Below, piece by piece: positions 21,303-32,400 of a stretch of DNA of 64,000 nucleotides. Below the pieces are notes generated by a model. It ran no database searches and had not been told where the DNA came from. It saw only the letters and a list, made by a program, of their open reading frames with translations. The stretch covers positions 1 through 64,000 of the forward strand of contig CAVTCS010000005.1 of the NCBI GenBank assembly GCA_963733295.1. The letters run 5' to 3'. How positions within the stretch are numbered: position 1 is the stretch's first letter; each line of letters begins with the position of its first letter. The position numbers and the translations under genes were made by a program. This DNA comes from Vulcanimicrobiota bacterium. Its GTDB lineage: Bacteria; Vulcanimicrobiota; Vulcanimicrobiia; Vulcanimicrobiales; Vulcanimicrobiaceae.

Positions 21303-22178
21303 ATGAAAGGTACCGTTCAAGCCCCGCAAGGCTCCCCGGCGATCGACGAAACGTCGCTGAGGCACCCCCTCGAGCGCCGGTACTTCGTAGCGTCGGTCAT
21401 TCTGAACTTCACGCTCATGGCCGCCGCGATCGCCATCCTCATTCACGAACCGGCGTGGGTCAAGACGCACCCAATCATCGACAAAGAGTTGAACGTCATC
21501 CGCTTCCTCGCGATTACGGCGCTCGTCGGCATACCGTTCCTGGTGCTGAACCGCAATCGACGTGAGGCATACGTTCGCGGCAACTCCGTTCGCCTCTCGA
21601 GAACGCAGTTTCCCGAGGTCTACGCGATCCTGGAAGATCACTGCCGGCGCCTTGGGATGGCTGAGGTTCCCGAGCTCTTTCTGACTGCGAGTACGATTCA
21701 GCCATTTTCGCAAACGTACTCTTCATGGCGCGAGAACTACATCGTGCTTCACCAGATCCTCTTCGATACGGATTACCACAAGACGCTGGACGTCGTTGCA
21801 TTTACGCTCGGTCATGAATTAGCCGCAATTCGACTTCATCACACCGCAGTTTGGAATGAAATGCTGCTCACGTATGTTTCCGCAGTGAAGTGGCTCAAGA
21901 ACCCCTTGAATAGAGTCCGCGTGTTCTCGCGCGACCGCTACGGAGCGTACTTAGCGCCGACGGGCTTCCGCGGGCTGCTGATCTATGCGGCGGGTCGCCG
22001 CATGATGAACTACGTGAACGTCGACGAATATTTCGAGCAGTCGCGCGGCTACGGAGGCATCTGGTCGGGCCTTAACACCTTCGTCGAACCCGTACCGCAA
22101 GTTCTCATTCGCCTTCAACAACTGCGCGCTGCGGGCTTCAGGTACACCCCGCGGGTTGAAGGCGCCAAGACCCCATAA
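21303..22178 (+). CDS. M48 (HtpX/Ste24) metallopeptidase homolog with degenerate active site
   Basis: 2 TM, QFPEVY, VPELFL, FTLGHELAA, FSRDRYG, PVPQVLIRLQQL. Confidence 0.75.
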   Translation: MKGTVQAPQGSPAIDETSLRHPLERRYFVASVILNFTLMAAAIAILIHEPAWVKTHPIIDKELNVIRFLAITALVGIPFLVLNRNRREAYVRGNSVRLSRTQFPEVYAILEDHCRRLGMAEVPELFLTASTIQPFSQTYSSWRENYIVLHQILFDTDYHKTLDVVAFTLGHELAAIRLHHTAVWNEMLLTYVSAVKWLKNPLNRVRVFSRDRYGAYLAPTGFRGLLIYAAGRRMMNYVNVDEYFEQSRGYGGIWSGLNTFVEPVPQVLIRLQQLRAAGFRYTPRVEGAKTP

Positions 22179-22254
22179 CGGACCACCCGCGCGGATTGCG
22201 GTGTCATAGCGGCGAAGCGCAGGGGAACACTTCTCTTGGAGGGTGGTCGCACCT

Positions 22255-23094
22255 ATGCGCTATGAAACGCGCTCCTTACGCATGCTCGTTTCGATTGTAT
22301 GCTTGGCTGCAATCTCGAGCGGGGCTCTCGCCCAAGGCGCGAGCGGACAGACGGCGCCGAGCGGCGCGACCCAGTTGAAGCCGTACACCACGCCGGACAA
22401 GAGCGCCTCGGCGGGCGTGCCGCCGGGTTGGAAGGTCACGACGGGCGCGCAAACCGACATCGTCATGACCGGACCGCACGGTGAAACGATTTTCCTCGGG
22501 CGAACGATCGTTGCTCGCAACGCAGCCTTCAACGCGGGCCAGCGCCCAAGCGGCGGCGTCGACCTCTCGATGCCGTACTCGACCCCTCTCGCGCAGAAGC
22601 TAACGACGATAGTTCAAGCAGGTGCGACGGCCGGGGGCGCGCAGGCGCCCCAAATCAGCATCACTTCCGCGACGTCCATCCCGCTACTACCCGCACTCGG
22701 TCAGTGCGGACGCTTCATCGCAAAAGCGGCAGGCGGCGCGAAGGGATCCATGACGATCGCTTCGGTGATGTGCTCGTTGCCGGTGGATTCGGGCGGACTC
22801 TACAAGAACGTTTTCAAACTCGCAACGGCTCCGACGGGTATCGCGGCGCAGGAAGCATCGTTGGCTCAAGCGGTATTCTCCAGCTATCGCGTGCCGGCGC
22901 CGATGCTCGCGCGCAAACTGGCGCCCGTGACGCCGGTACCGGTCGCGCACGGCGCCGCTCCGCCGGCCGAGCGCCCCGGCATGCTGACGGTGCCTGCGGA
23001 TCCGACAAATTCAGATTGCTACGATCTCGTCTTGATCCGCGAAACGCCGACGTATCAACTTCCGAGGCATTGCGGCGGAACCGCCCCGGACTGA
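22255..23094 (+). CDS. Secreted hypothetical protein
   Basis: Signal peptide (GALA|Q), Ala/Gly/Pro-rich, C-terminal Cys pair. Confidence 0.65.
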   Translation: MRYETRSLRMLVSIVCLAAISSGALAQGASGQTAPSGATQLKPYTTPDKSASAGVPPGWKVTTGAQTDIVMTGPHGETIFLGRTIVARNAAFNAGQRPSGGVDLSMPYSTPLAQKLTTIVQAGATAGGAQAPQISITSATSIPLLPALGQCGRFIAKAAGGAKGSMTIASVMCSLPVDSGGLYKNVFKLATAPTGIAAQEASLAQAVFSSYRVPAPMLARKLAPVTPVPVAHGAAPPAERPGMLTVPADPTNSDCYDLVLIRETPTYQLPRHCGGTAPD

Positions 23095-23104
23095 CCGAGC
23101 CGAG

Positions 23105-24763
23105 CTACAGATGGAGGAGTTCGATCGGTAGCTCCCGGTGGATCATCAACCAGTCCCCGTTCTCGGCGAGCGCCTCGCGTCCGATCTCGCGGATCACTTC
23201 CTGCGCAGTGCGGAGCTGTTCCGCGAGCGATGCGTCTTTCACGTCATCGAGCACGCGCAGCGCGCGCGCGTAGAGGGAGCTCATGACGACGTAGCGGCGC
23301 GCCTGCGCGTGGAAAGCGCGGCGCCGCGGGTACTCGCTGCAAACCGCGACGCAGACGGTGGCCAGCGCAATGCCGTTGATCATCCAGTCGCTGACACAGG
23401 TCGAGCCAAGCCGGATCGGCGGACACTGGAATTCCGGTTGTCCCGAAAAGAGGTGCCATAGAGCCGTGCCGGTGAGCATCAAGGTCAAAGGGAAACCGAC
23501 GCCCCAGAACGCGCAGGTCGCGACGAGCTCCCACCGTTCGCAGTCATTCGTGTTTCTGCGCGAGGTCCTGCGGAAGAAATCGAGTTGCCCGGAAACGAAA
23601 TCGCGTACCGCGGCGACTCCGGCGGTCGCATCGAATGCGCTGCGAGGATCGAGGTGATGCACGGTTCGAATCGCGTCGCGAATCCAATCCAGCTCGCTGC
23701 GTTGCAGCCGCAAGTAGAAGTTCGCCGCCGATTCCCTCAGGCCGGCGATGTCCCAGTTCTCCTGAACCGACAATCCCATCTCGAGCGCACGATACTCGAT
23801 AAATTTACCTTGCCAAAAACCGCGCCGCGCGATGATGTAGCTCACGACCGCGATCGCCAGGAACGCGCAGTAAAGGAGGGTCGGCAGGTACGTCTCTCTT
23901 ATGGAGTGCGCCGCAACGAGGGCGAGCGCTGCGAGAACGGACGTTACGGTGATGAGGTTGAGCGACGAATAGAAGCGGCGTTGATAGTGATTGGCTAAAT
24001 CGGCTGCGATTTCGCGGAATTGGGTGGTCGCTCGAATCCCGGAACGCGCCGTCGCGAAGCGTCGCGCATCGAGGTTGAACTGCTCGATCCGATCGAAGCG
24101 CTCGGGCGGCGCGCTCCGGATGCTCGGGTCGTCCGAACCGGTCTTGACGATGATGGTCCCCGCGGGCTCGGCGGTCTCGAGGTCGGAGCGGCGCGGCGTG
24201 ACGATTTGGTGAACCGCTCCGGTATCGGGTGCGTCGAGTAGCCCGGTTGGGGCGCGATACGGTTCGGGAGCCCCGTCCAAGCGAAAGCGCACGATCTGTG
24301 CGGTGCCACCGGTGGCGTCGGACGGCTTTCCGTTCCAGAGCGCGATCAGGACGTGCGAGACGCGTGCGATATAGGCGCCGGCTTCGGCATATTGACGCGC
24401 GCGCCGCTCGGGATCGCTCACGTTGCTCGCGGCGTTGTCGCCCACGTACGGCATGTCGTAGCGATCCTCGGCACCCGCGAGCAATTCGTCGAACGCCTCG
24501 ATTTCGGTGGGATCGAAATCTTTTCGGTACTCCGCTTCGGGGAGCGGCAGCGGCACGCGATACGCGATCTCCATCGACTTCGCGACGTGCGCGACGAGCT
24601 GATCCGCACCGGCGGCAAGGGAGGTCAAGAGCACGAGGCGCGTCGAGGGATACTTCGTCCGGAACCGGACGAGGACGCTACGGACGGAGTCCTCCAGCAC
24701 CGGCACGTCCTCGGACCGCAGATCGCGATGACCCGTCACCCCGACGATGATCGGAAGCGTCAT
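23105..24763 (-). CDS. SLOG (YspA-like) domain fused to two SLATT-like 2TM modules
   Basis: IVGVTGHRDL, SLAAGADQL, YAEAG..I....HVLIALWNG, GGTAQIV; two hydrophobic hairpins; W+YRAL.E-like (FIEYRALE) and terminal LAENGDW motifs. Confidence 0.75.
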   Translation of the reverse strand: MTLPIIVGVTGHRDLRSEDVPVLEDSVRSVLVRFRTKYPSTRLVLLTSLAAGADQLVAHVAKSMEIAYRVPLPLPEAEYRKDFDPTEIEAFDELLAGAEDRYDMPYVGDNAASNVSDPERRARQYAEAGAYIARVSHVLIALWNGKPSDATGGTAQIVRFRLDGAPEPYRAPTGLLDAPDTGAVHQIVTPRRSDLETAEPAGTIIVKTGSDDPSIRSAPPERFDRIEQFNLDARRFATARSGIRATTQFREIAADLANHYQRRFYSSLNLITVTSVLAALALVAAHSIRETYLPTLLYCAFLAIAVVSYIIARRGFWQGKFIEYRALEMGLSVQENWDIAGLRESAANFYLRLQRSELDWIRDAIRTVHHLDPRSAFDATAGVAAVRDFVSGQLDFFRRTSRRNTNDCERWELVATCAFWGVGFPLTLMLTGTALWHLFSGQPEFQCPPIRLGSTCVSDWMINGIALATVCVAVCSEYPRRRAFHAQARRYVVMSSLYARALRVLDDVKDASLAEQLRTAQEVIREIGREALAENGDWLMIHRELPIELLHL

Positions 24764-24771
24764 TGCGTCGA

Positions 24772-26463
24772 TTAGAGAATCGTCGACCCGCTCGGCTTGA
24801 GAACGTCTTGCAACACCGTAAACATCGCGTTTATCTGTTCGTCGATCTTCTTCCCCGCGTCGCCATCGGTCGGCTGGTTCTGTCCGCCGGCGTCGGTTAT
24901 CTCGTCTTGGACTTTTCCGTTCACCTTCTTGAGGTCGCCCGCATCGTCGTACAAGAGCGTTAACGCGCCGACGCCGTCGATGCTGAACCGGAACGACTCC
25001 CCGAAACGGTTATACGCGATGCGAAAGACGCGATCCGGATTTCCTTTGGAGGTAATTGCCGACATCCGTCCGGCATCGTCGTGAGCGACCGCGAGGACGT
25101 GCTCGCCATCAGTCGCCGACAGCAGATTTCCCCGCCCGTCGTACGTGTAACGGTACACCGTCGTGCCGGTGCGCTCGGTGATGCTAACCTGCGATGGTTT
25201 GCCGCTCATCGAATCGTATTCGGTCTGCGTTTTGGTCGTCGGCGTTTGCTTTAACGTAACGCGTTCTTGCGCGTCGTACGCGTAGATCGTCACGTCCGCA
25301 CCGGCCGTGACGCGCAAGGCATAGCCGTTCGCATCGCGGTCGGTCTCGGTGGAAACTCCGTTTACGCTTATCACTTCCCGTTGCGCGTACCGCGTCCCAT
25401 TCGGTGCAGTCGCCATGAAGTATTCGGCAGATTTCGTGCTCGTGACTTTCCCGTGCGCGTCGGTCGTCTGCTCGGTGTACTTTTCGTGATCGGTGTGTTG
25501 GCCGACGTAGGTATAGTCGGTTACCGAACCATCGCGGTTGACGACGCGTTTGACGTTCTCGTCTTCGCTGTAGGGGTAGTACGCGATTCTTTGAGCGGTG
25601 CCGTCGGGAAACTTTATTGCGGTCAAGTTATGGTTCAGATCGTAGGAATACGAGTAGTGGTGATTGTCGACGTCGATCGAGTCGATGAGATCCGACCCGC
25701 TATAGTGATACTCCGACTTCCTCCCTTCCGCGGTGACGATCTCGGCAACGTGACCGTCCGGGCCGAACACGAACGTGAACCGCTCTCCAAGGCCGTTCGA
25801 CATCTCGGCGAGCTGACCGCCGGCATAACGAAAGGCGATCGACTTGCCGTTCATATCGCGCTCGAGGACGAGATGACCGCTTGTGGCGTCAAACGTCTGG
25901 ACGACCGTCGGTAAGTAGATTTCGTAGCCATCCCTGACGCGCACGAGCTCTTGATGACCGAACTTCTCGCTCGTGAAGGTCGCGCCCAGCGGCACGTCGG
26001 GCGGTTTCAGCAGACCGAGATTGACGAGCTTATTCCATTCGGTCTGATGACTCTTCGCGAGCGAAGACCGGTAGGCGCCGCGCTCGGCTTCGCTTGCAAA
26101 CCCTTCCTTTTCCATCGCCGCCATGATGAGGTTTTCGATCTCCCCAATCGAGCGGAGTTTGACCTCGCTTCCGGGTGAGAACTTGTTTTCCGCGCCTCCG
26201 CCCCACTCGTGAACGACGATCGAACCGTCGTCGAGAAACGCCAGGTATTTTTCGAAATCCGTCCCCCAACCGAAACCGAAGATTCCCGAAAATGGCGTCG
26301 TCGAGTTATAGACGCGCTCGACCTTCATCTCGAGCCCACCGGAACTCACGACGTCGGTGAACGCAATGTTGAAGTTCCCGTCCTTTGCCGCGCCGTCGGC
26401 GCGCGCCGGGAGCGGGTTGAGCAAGAGCAGGGTCGCGAGCAGCGACAGCGCGCGGGCGATCAT
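24772..26463 (-). CDS. Secreted DUF6531 + YD/RHS-repeat protein without toxin tip
   Basis: Signal peptide; RVYNS...GIFGFGW; YSYDLNHNL, YAYDAQERV and YTYDGRGNL repeats; no DPxG RHS core; ATGA overlap with the STAND gene. Confidence 0.85.
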   Translation of the reverse strand: MIARALSLLATLLLLNPLPARADGAAKDGNFNIAFTDVVSSGGLEMKVERVYNSTTPFSGIFGFGWGTDFEKYLAFLDDGSIVVHEWGGGAENKFSPGSEVKLRSIGEIENLIMAAMEKEGFASEAERGAYRSSLAKSHQTEWNKLVNLGLLKPPDVPLGATFTSEKFGHQELVRVRDGYEIYLPTVVQTFDATSGHLVLERDMNGKSIAFRYAGGQLAEMSNGLGERFTFVFGPDGHVAEIVTAEGRKSEYHYSGSDLIDSIDVDNHHYSYSYDLNHNLTAIKFPDGTAQRIAYYPYSEDENVKRVVNRDGSVTDYTYVGQHTDHEKYTEQTTDAHGKVTSTKSAEYFMATAPNGTRYAQREVISVNGVSTETDRDANGYALRVTAGADVTIYAYDAQERVTLKQTPTTKTQTEYDSMSGKPSQVSITERTGTTVYRYTYDGRGNLLSATDGEHVLAVAHDDAGRMSAITSKGNPDRVFRIAYNRFGESFRFSIDGVGALTLLYDDAGDLKKVNGKVQDEITDAGGQNQPTDGDAGKKIDEQINAMFTVLQDVLKPSGSTIL

Positions 26464-29400
26464 TTCAGCGTTAAGGCGAGACGCACGCGGAGATTCTGGG
26501 CGCTTCCCGGCGTCGGTTCCTGCAAGCTATAGACTTGGACGGAGCGGTCGCGCGCCACGGCGATCTCGTTCGCGGCCGTCGCGATACGCTGAATCTCGCT
26601 GTAGGGCAGCGTCACGAGGGCACGCCCGAACCGGTCCCACACCTCGGCGCCGTGATTGGTTTGGGCGACGAGATACGCACCGTCGTCCGAGAACTGGATC
26701 GATTCGACCCTCGTATCCGGCGAACCGAGGAACGTTCGCGGCTCGCCGGAGCCGGACCATAAGCTGATTCTGCCGTAGCGGTCGCGCGCGACGATCAGGT
26801 CGTCGCTCGGGCTGAACATCGCAAAGTCGATGCCGCTGCCGGGCGGCAGCAGTGTTTGAATATCGGTTGGATGTCCGGGCGTCGAAACGTCCCAAAGCGT
26901 TGCCGTGTCGGCTTCTCCGCCGAAGACGAGAAGGCGGCGGTGGTCGCGGCTCAAGGCTGCCTTTATTTGACGCGCATCGCCGGCCGGCGAAAACAGCTCG
27001 CGACCTTCACGGGTAACGATCTTCGCCTCGCTCGCGCTGCCGTAGATAAGGACGTCGTCGCTCGTTCCAAACGCGATGCGATCGGGCACGTTCGCCGTCG
27101 GAAACTCCGTCACGCTTCCATTCTGAAGGTCGAGGACCGCCAGCTTCTTCCCGCTCGTCCATGCGAGAAACCGCCCGGAAGGGCTACGCGTCCAATTGTC
27201 ACCGACGAGCACGCTCGAACATTGCATGTGCCGGCGAAGATCGAACGTTGCGACGTGCCGGTCTTTCCCGCAGAGGGTGCTCGACACGACCGAAAGGCGT
27301 ACGGGATCGCGCAAGAACGTCGCGCGCGACCCGTTGCTCACCGGTGCGCCGATCGGCAGAACCCAAGGGTGCTGCGACGGATCCGAGACGTCCCAGAGCA
27401 GCGCGTTGCCGGCCCCCGTCGTGACGGCAAGCAGCCGCGATCCGTCAGCACTGAGGCGGATATCGTCGAAGCCTACTTCCCGCGCGTCGCGCGTGGCGGG
27501 AGCGTCGAAGGAAAGGCTGAGCGGCTTCACCGCGGCGACTTGCCAAAGGTTGACGTCGCCTCCGCCCACCGAGGTCGCGATCGTGTCGGCCGCAGACGGA
27601 ATGGCGACTTGGTCGACGTCGGTCGTAATGCGGCCGAGCACGCGCCAATCGTCGACGCTTCGAACGATGACGCTCCGTTTGGTCCGCACTTCAAAGAGCA
27701 GTTTGCCGTCGCGACTGAAGAGCGCCAGATCGGCCCGTCCCTCACCGCTTTCGCGAAATTTCGTTTTCCCGGTGCGGAAGTCCCAAACGTCGACGCCGTC
27801 GTCCCCACTGATTGCAACGAGATTCCCGCGCTCGGCGAGCGCGATCGAAGCCACGTTGCCTTCGTCATCGAGCGCGCGAACCGGACGTTGCGGCCGGTCC
27901 TTGTCCCAAACCTCGATCAGCTTTTTGGCGCGCAACGTGACGATCGTGTCGTCCGCCGCGCGTACCCGGATGCGGTCGACGTTTCCGACGTCCTTATCGA
28001 GGCTTCCGAGCGGAGCGAAATTCAGGGAAACGCGCTTACCGGTTCCGCGTTCGATGAGTTCCGCTTTCCCGTAGTACCCGAGCGCAACGAGACGCCCGTT
28101 GTCCGCGATGGTCGTGGGAGAATCTGCCAGCGGATATTCGGAACGTCCGGCGAGCGGTTTGCCGTCGGCGGTTTTCCAGAGATTGAGAAAGTACTTCGCC
28201 GTGTCGGTATCGTGCGAGACGGTCGCGAGGACTCGATCGTCTGGGCTGATCGTCGCATAGCCCCATATTCGGCCGGCCGGCGCTCGCATGGTGTATGGTT
28301 TGGTTCGGGTTGCGAGATTCCACGCCCGAAGATTCGTATCGCCGTAGCGACGCACGAACGCGAGCGGACCGTCGTGTTCGGCGATGACCGAAGCGACGTC
28401 GTCGAAGCGGTCCGACATGACGACCGATCCGGATCGAACGTCCCACGCGACGGCTCGATTGTCGTCACCGCCCGCGACGATCTCCTTGCCGCCGTCCACG
28501 AAGGTCAGACTGTCGAGATCGCCGGTCGATCCCGCAAGCGTTGAGGTCATGCCGGTGAAGCGCGCGATCAACGATCCGACGGGAACGCGAAGCGAGGCTC
28601 CACCGCCGTCGTTTCCCCCGAAGAGATATTCGGGGAGCAGGTTCGACGCAGCCATCGCCGGCGCGTTGCGCGCGTTGAGTGCCTGCAAGCCCCGCCCGAC
28701 CGTGCCTCCCAAGCAGTCTGCGAAGGGATTCGGCGCTTCTTTCGCATCGCTCATCACGCGCGCCGCCGCCTGACAAATCAGCGCTGAAAGCTCGGCCGGC
28801 CGCTTGTTCCGGATTCCCGTCGAATCGAGCACGAGACGCGCCGTATCTTCCTTCTTCGGAAGATTCGTAACGCCGAGAGTTCGCGCGTAAATCCGGCCGT
28901 CCTCACCGCCCAGAACCACGGTCGAACCGTCCGCGGAGAACGCCGCGGTGCTGACTTTGATTCCGGGCGCCGGCAGAGCCGCGATCGCACGCTGCGATTC
29001 ACGTCCCCAGAGTTGGGCGCGGCCGTCCTCGGTGAGCGTCAGAACGAAATCCGAGCCGTTCGGCGAGAAAGCGACCTCTTTGACGCTCGATCCCGCGCTA
29101 AACCGCGCTTGGCGCGTCCCGCTTTCGACCTCCCAAACGTACACGTCGCCGTTCGCACCGGCCGAAGCAAGCCAATTGTTATCGTCGGAGAAACGCAACG
29201 CGTTGATGCGACCCGAGCCGGTTGAAGTCTCAAAGACGACGCGGTTATAAGGATAGGAGTACACCGCAACTCGGCCGCGCGAATCCCCGGTCGCGTAGAG
29301 TCGCCCGTTGCCGGCGGCGGCGCCGGTGAGCTGGCCGCCCCCGGACGGCGCGAACCACGTATCGGTTGTGGCACCGACGATGCGCGTGTAGGTGACGCTG

Positions 29401-32400
29401 TCGTTGGAGAACGCGACGACCGATTCCGCGTCGTGCGAGACCTCCAAACTTTGAATCTCGGTCTGTTCGCTTTCTTCGCGCAACAACTGCGTGCCGTCGA
29501 GCTTCCAGGCAGCCCACCACTGGTCGGCAAAGTCCGCGGATTTGCCGTACGGTGCGCGTTCTGAGCCGACCACGACCGGCTGCGAGAAAAACGTCGCGAA
29601 AGAAGCATCGGAGAAATACTCGCCGGTTTTTGCCGCCGCGATCGTAACCGGCGCCGTCTTGGGTCTGCCGTTTGCGTCGAGCGACCAAATCTTCACCGAC
29701 GAGCCGGCGGCCGTCACCAGCCGTTGGCCGTCGGCATCGAGCCGTGCGGCTACAACGCGCGTGCCGGGATCGGAGGTGACGGCGAGGGGCGCCCCCTCGG
29801 CGGTGGGGATCCCGTTTTGCAAACTCCAAACTTGAACGCGGTTCTCACCTAAGCTTCCGCTTCGCGAGACGGCATGACGCCCGGTCGCATCCAGCGAGAT
29901 CGCTGCGATCGGTGCGACCTTGCTCGGCTCGGATGCGCTCGCTGCGGGCGCGGCTTGCCACAGGACGAGATTCCCCGCGACGTCGCCGACGGCGAGCGTC
30001 GAACCGTCGGGCGAGAAGCGTACGACGCGCGGTCGCTCGCGCGGTGTCCGCTCCCCCGAAGCTGCGCCACCCGAGGTGTTGGCAAATTCGACCGTGCCGT
30101 TCGGGCCCACGACTGCGACCGACTCGTTGACGGGAGAAAACTTTGCAAAGGCGGCAGGGCCCGAACCGATCGCGCGCGTTTTCCCGCCGTTACCGATGAG
30201 AACGGTCTCGCCGTTCTTGAGCACGGCAACCGCTTCGTCACCGCCGCGATCGACCGAGATATCCGCGATCGAGCCGCCCGCATCGCCGAGCTTCTCGAGT
30301 TTTTGCGTTTCGGTGTTGTAGGCGTACACTGAGTTGCCGTCGGCTGCCACGACGAGCGGTGCGTTCGCAGCCCCGGCCAGAAGAGCGAGCTGATTCGACG
30401 CTAACAGCTTGTGGGTCGCCGTGCAGTTCGTGAGGTCGACGACCGTCAGACCTCCGCCTTGCATCGAGGCGACGACGCTCTGACCGTTGTGCGAGAAGAG
30501 CGCATCTTCCACGGGACCGCGGACGCTGCAGGGTTTGCCCGCCGCTGCGACCGGACTGACGACGAGACCGGAATCGCCCGCGGCCAATACCTTGCCGCCG
30601 TCACGGCTGAAACGCAGGACGGTGGTGCTTCCGGTTTCGAGCCCCTGCAAGGGAACCGGCGGCGGGGCGGACGCCATCTTCATGCCGGTAAGCGGGCGAA
30701 GCACGAGCTTGTTCACGCTGGCCGTCACGAGCGCCGGTTGCCGGGGCGAGAATGCGACGGCGCTGACGTTATCCTGATCGGTAAAGACGTGAAGCAATCT
30801 GCCGCTGCGATCCCAGAGTCTTACCGGACTCGAGCCGGTCGCGGTCGCAACGAACGGACCGTAGCCGGCGGGGGAGACGGCGAGCGCATCGACCGCGGTG
30901 TCGTGTGCGTGCACCGATACCGGTAAACGCCGAAGCGCTTCTTTCAAAGCGTCGTAGGTTTCTTGATCCTCGGGCCGGCCGGCGGGATTCGCGCCGTAGG
31001 CGGCCGCGAGCAGAATCGCCGCATCGACGGCGCTGGCGTTTTGCCCGCTTCTGAGCGCGTCGACTGCCGCAAGGCCCGCTGCTTTGAACGCGAGGCGCTG
31101 GCTGTCGCGCGCTTCCGCTTCGTTCTTCTTCGCAAGCGTCGCTTGGTAGTCGGCGCGATCTTTCGCCGTGTTCGCCGCCTGGAGGTTTGTTCTGGCAAGC
31201 TTCGTCTGACTGTCGGCGAGCTTCGTCGCAGCGTTTGCCACCGCTTCGTTTTGCCTGGCAAGTTTTGCCTGTTCGTTGGCGTGCTCCGCGCTGAGAGCTG
31301 CGGCCACAGCAGCCTTGGCTGCGGCGGCGCGTGCCACTTGCGCTTCGTGCGCTTCAGACTTGGCGACGCGCTCCTCCCCGCGCGCCTTCTTCTCGGAGGC
31401 CACTGCCTTCTTCTCGGAGGCCACGGCCTTCTGCTCGGAGGCCACCGCCTTTTGCTCGGCGCCCTTCGCATTTGACTCGGCAGCTCTTGCCGCGACTTCG
31501 GCGGCAGCAAGCTTCCGGTTTTCCAGCGCCGCATAGGCAGCAACTCCGGCCGCGAACAGAAAGAGCAGCGCCATCAAACCCGCGAACGCGCGCGTACGGT
31601 TTGCAAAACTTCGTGCCGCCAGCGCCAGCTTCTGCGCGTTTTCGGTTTCGCGCTGAGCCGCCTCGGACTGCATGCGCGCGAACTTTGCTTCGCTCTCGAG
31701 GCGTTCGCGCTCGCGCCGTTCGGCATCGAGACGATCTTTCTCGGCGCGTTCGCGTTCGGCGGTTTCGCGCTGGCGGTCGCGCTCGGCGGCGGCGGCGCGA
31801 GCGCTTTCCACATCCGCCTTGTTCTTAAGGCTTCGTGCCAGCAGATCTTCGACGAGCGTGTAGCCCCCGCCGTAGCGCTTGCACCAAGCCACAGTTCGCG
31901 GACGCGCATGCCACCACTTGACCCGCGCGTCAACTTGCTCGGCGGGCAAGATGTCGCCACCTTTGGCAGAGGTGGTGAGGTCGCGCAGCGCGCGGAAAAT
32001 CCGGCCATCCTCGTCTTCGGCCGCGAGCCAGCCCTCTTTGCCGCCTCCGACCGATTCCGCTTCGCTGCTGATCTTCGTCCAGCGCCGCAGCAGCGCTTCG
32101 TGCACGACGTCGATCCGCGTACTCGCGGCAAGCTCGGGAACGCGCTCGGGTGATGGAAGAATAAACGAACAGTCGTCGGCCCGAAAGCGGTTGATGACTT
32201 TCAAGAGGTCCGCTCGCGAAACGCCCGCTTCGTCCTCGAGTTGCTCGAGCGGCAGCGCGCGCCGAGTCGCGCGTCCTTCCTTGTCGCGTTCGCTCAGCGC
32301 GCGGAAGACTTGCTCGACGGCCAGATCGAGACCGGGAAGCTCCGCGCTGATTTGGTTGGCGTGCTGCGAGAGCGCTCCCGAAAGCCGGTCGACCGCGTCG

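Noticed and set aside
24772..26463. RHS polymorphic toxin/immunity pair
   Set aside because: No RHS core DPxG motif, toxin tip or small immunity ORF.
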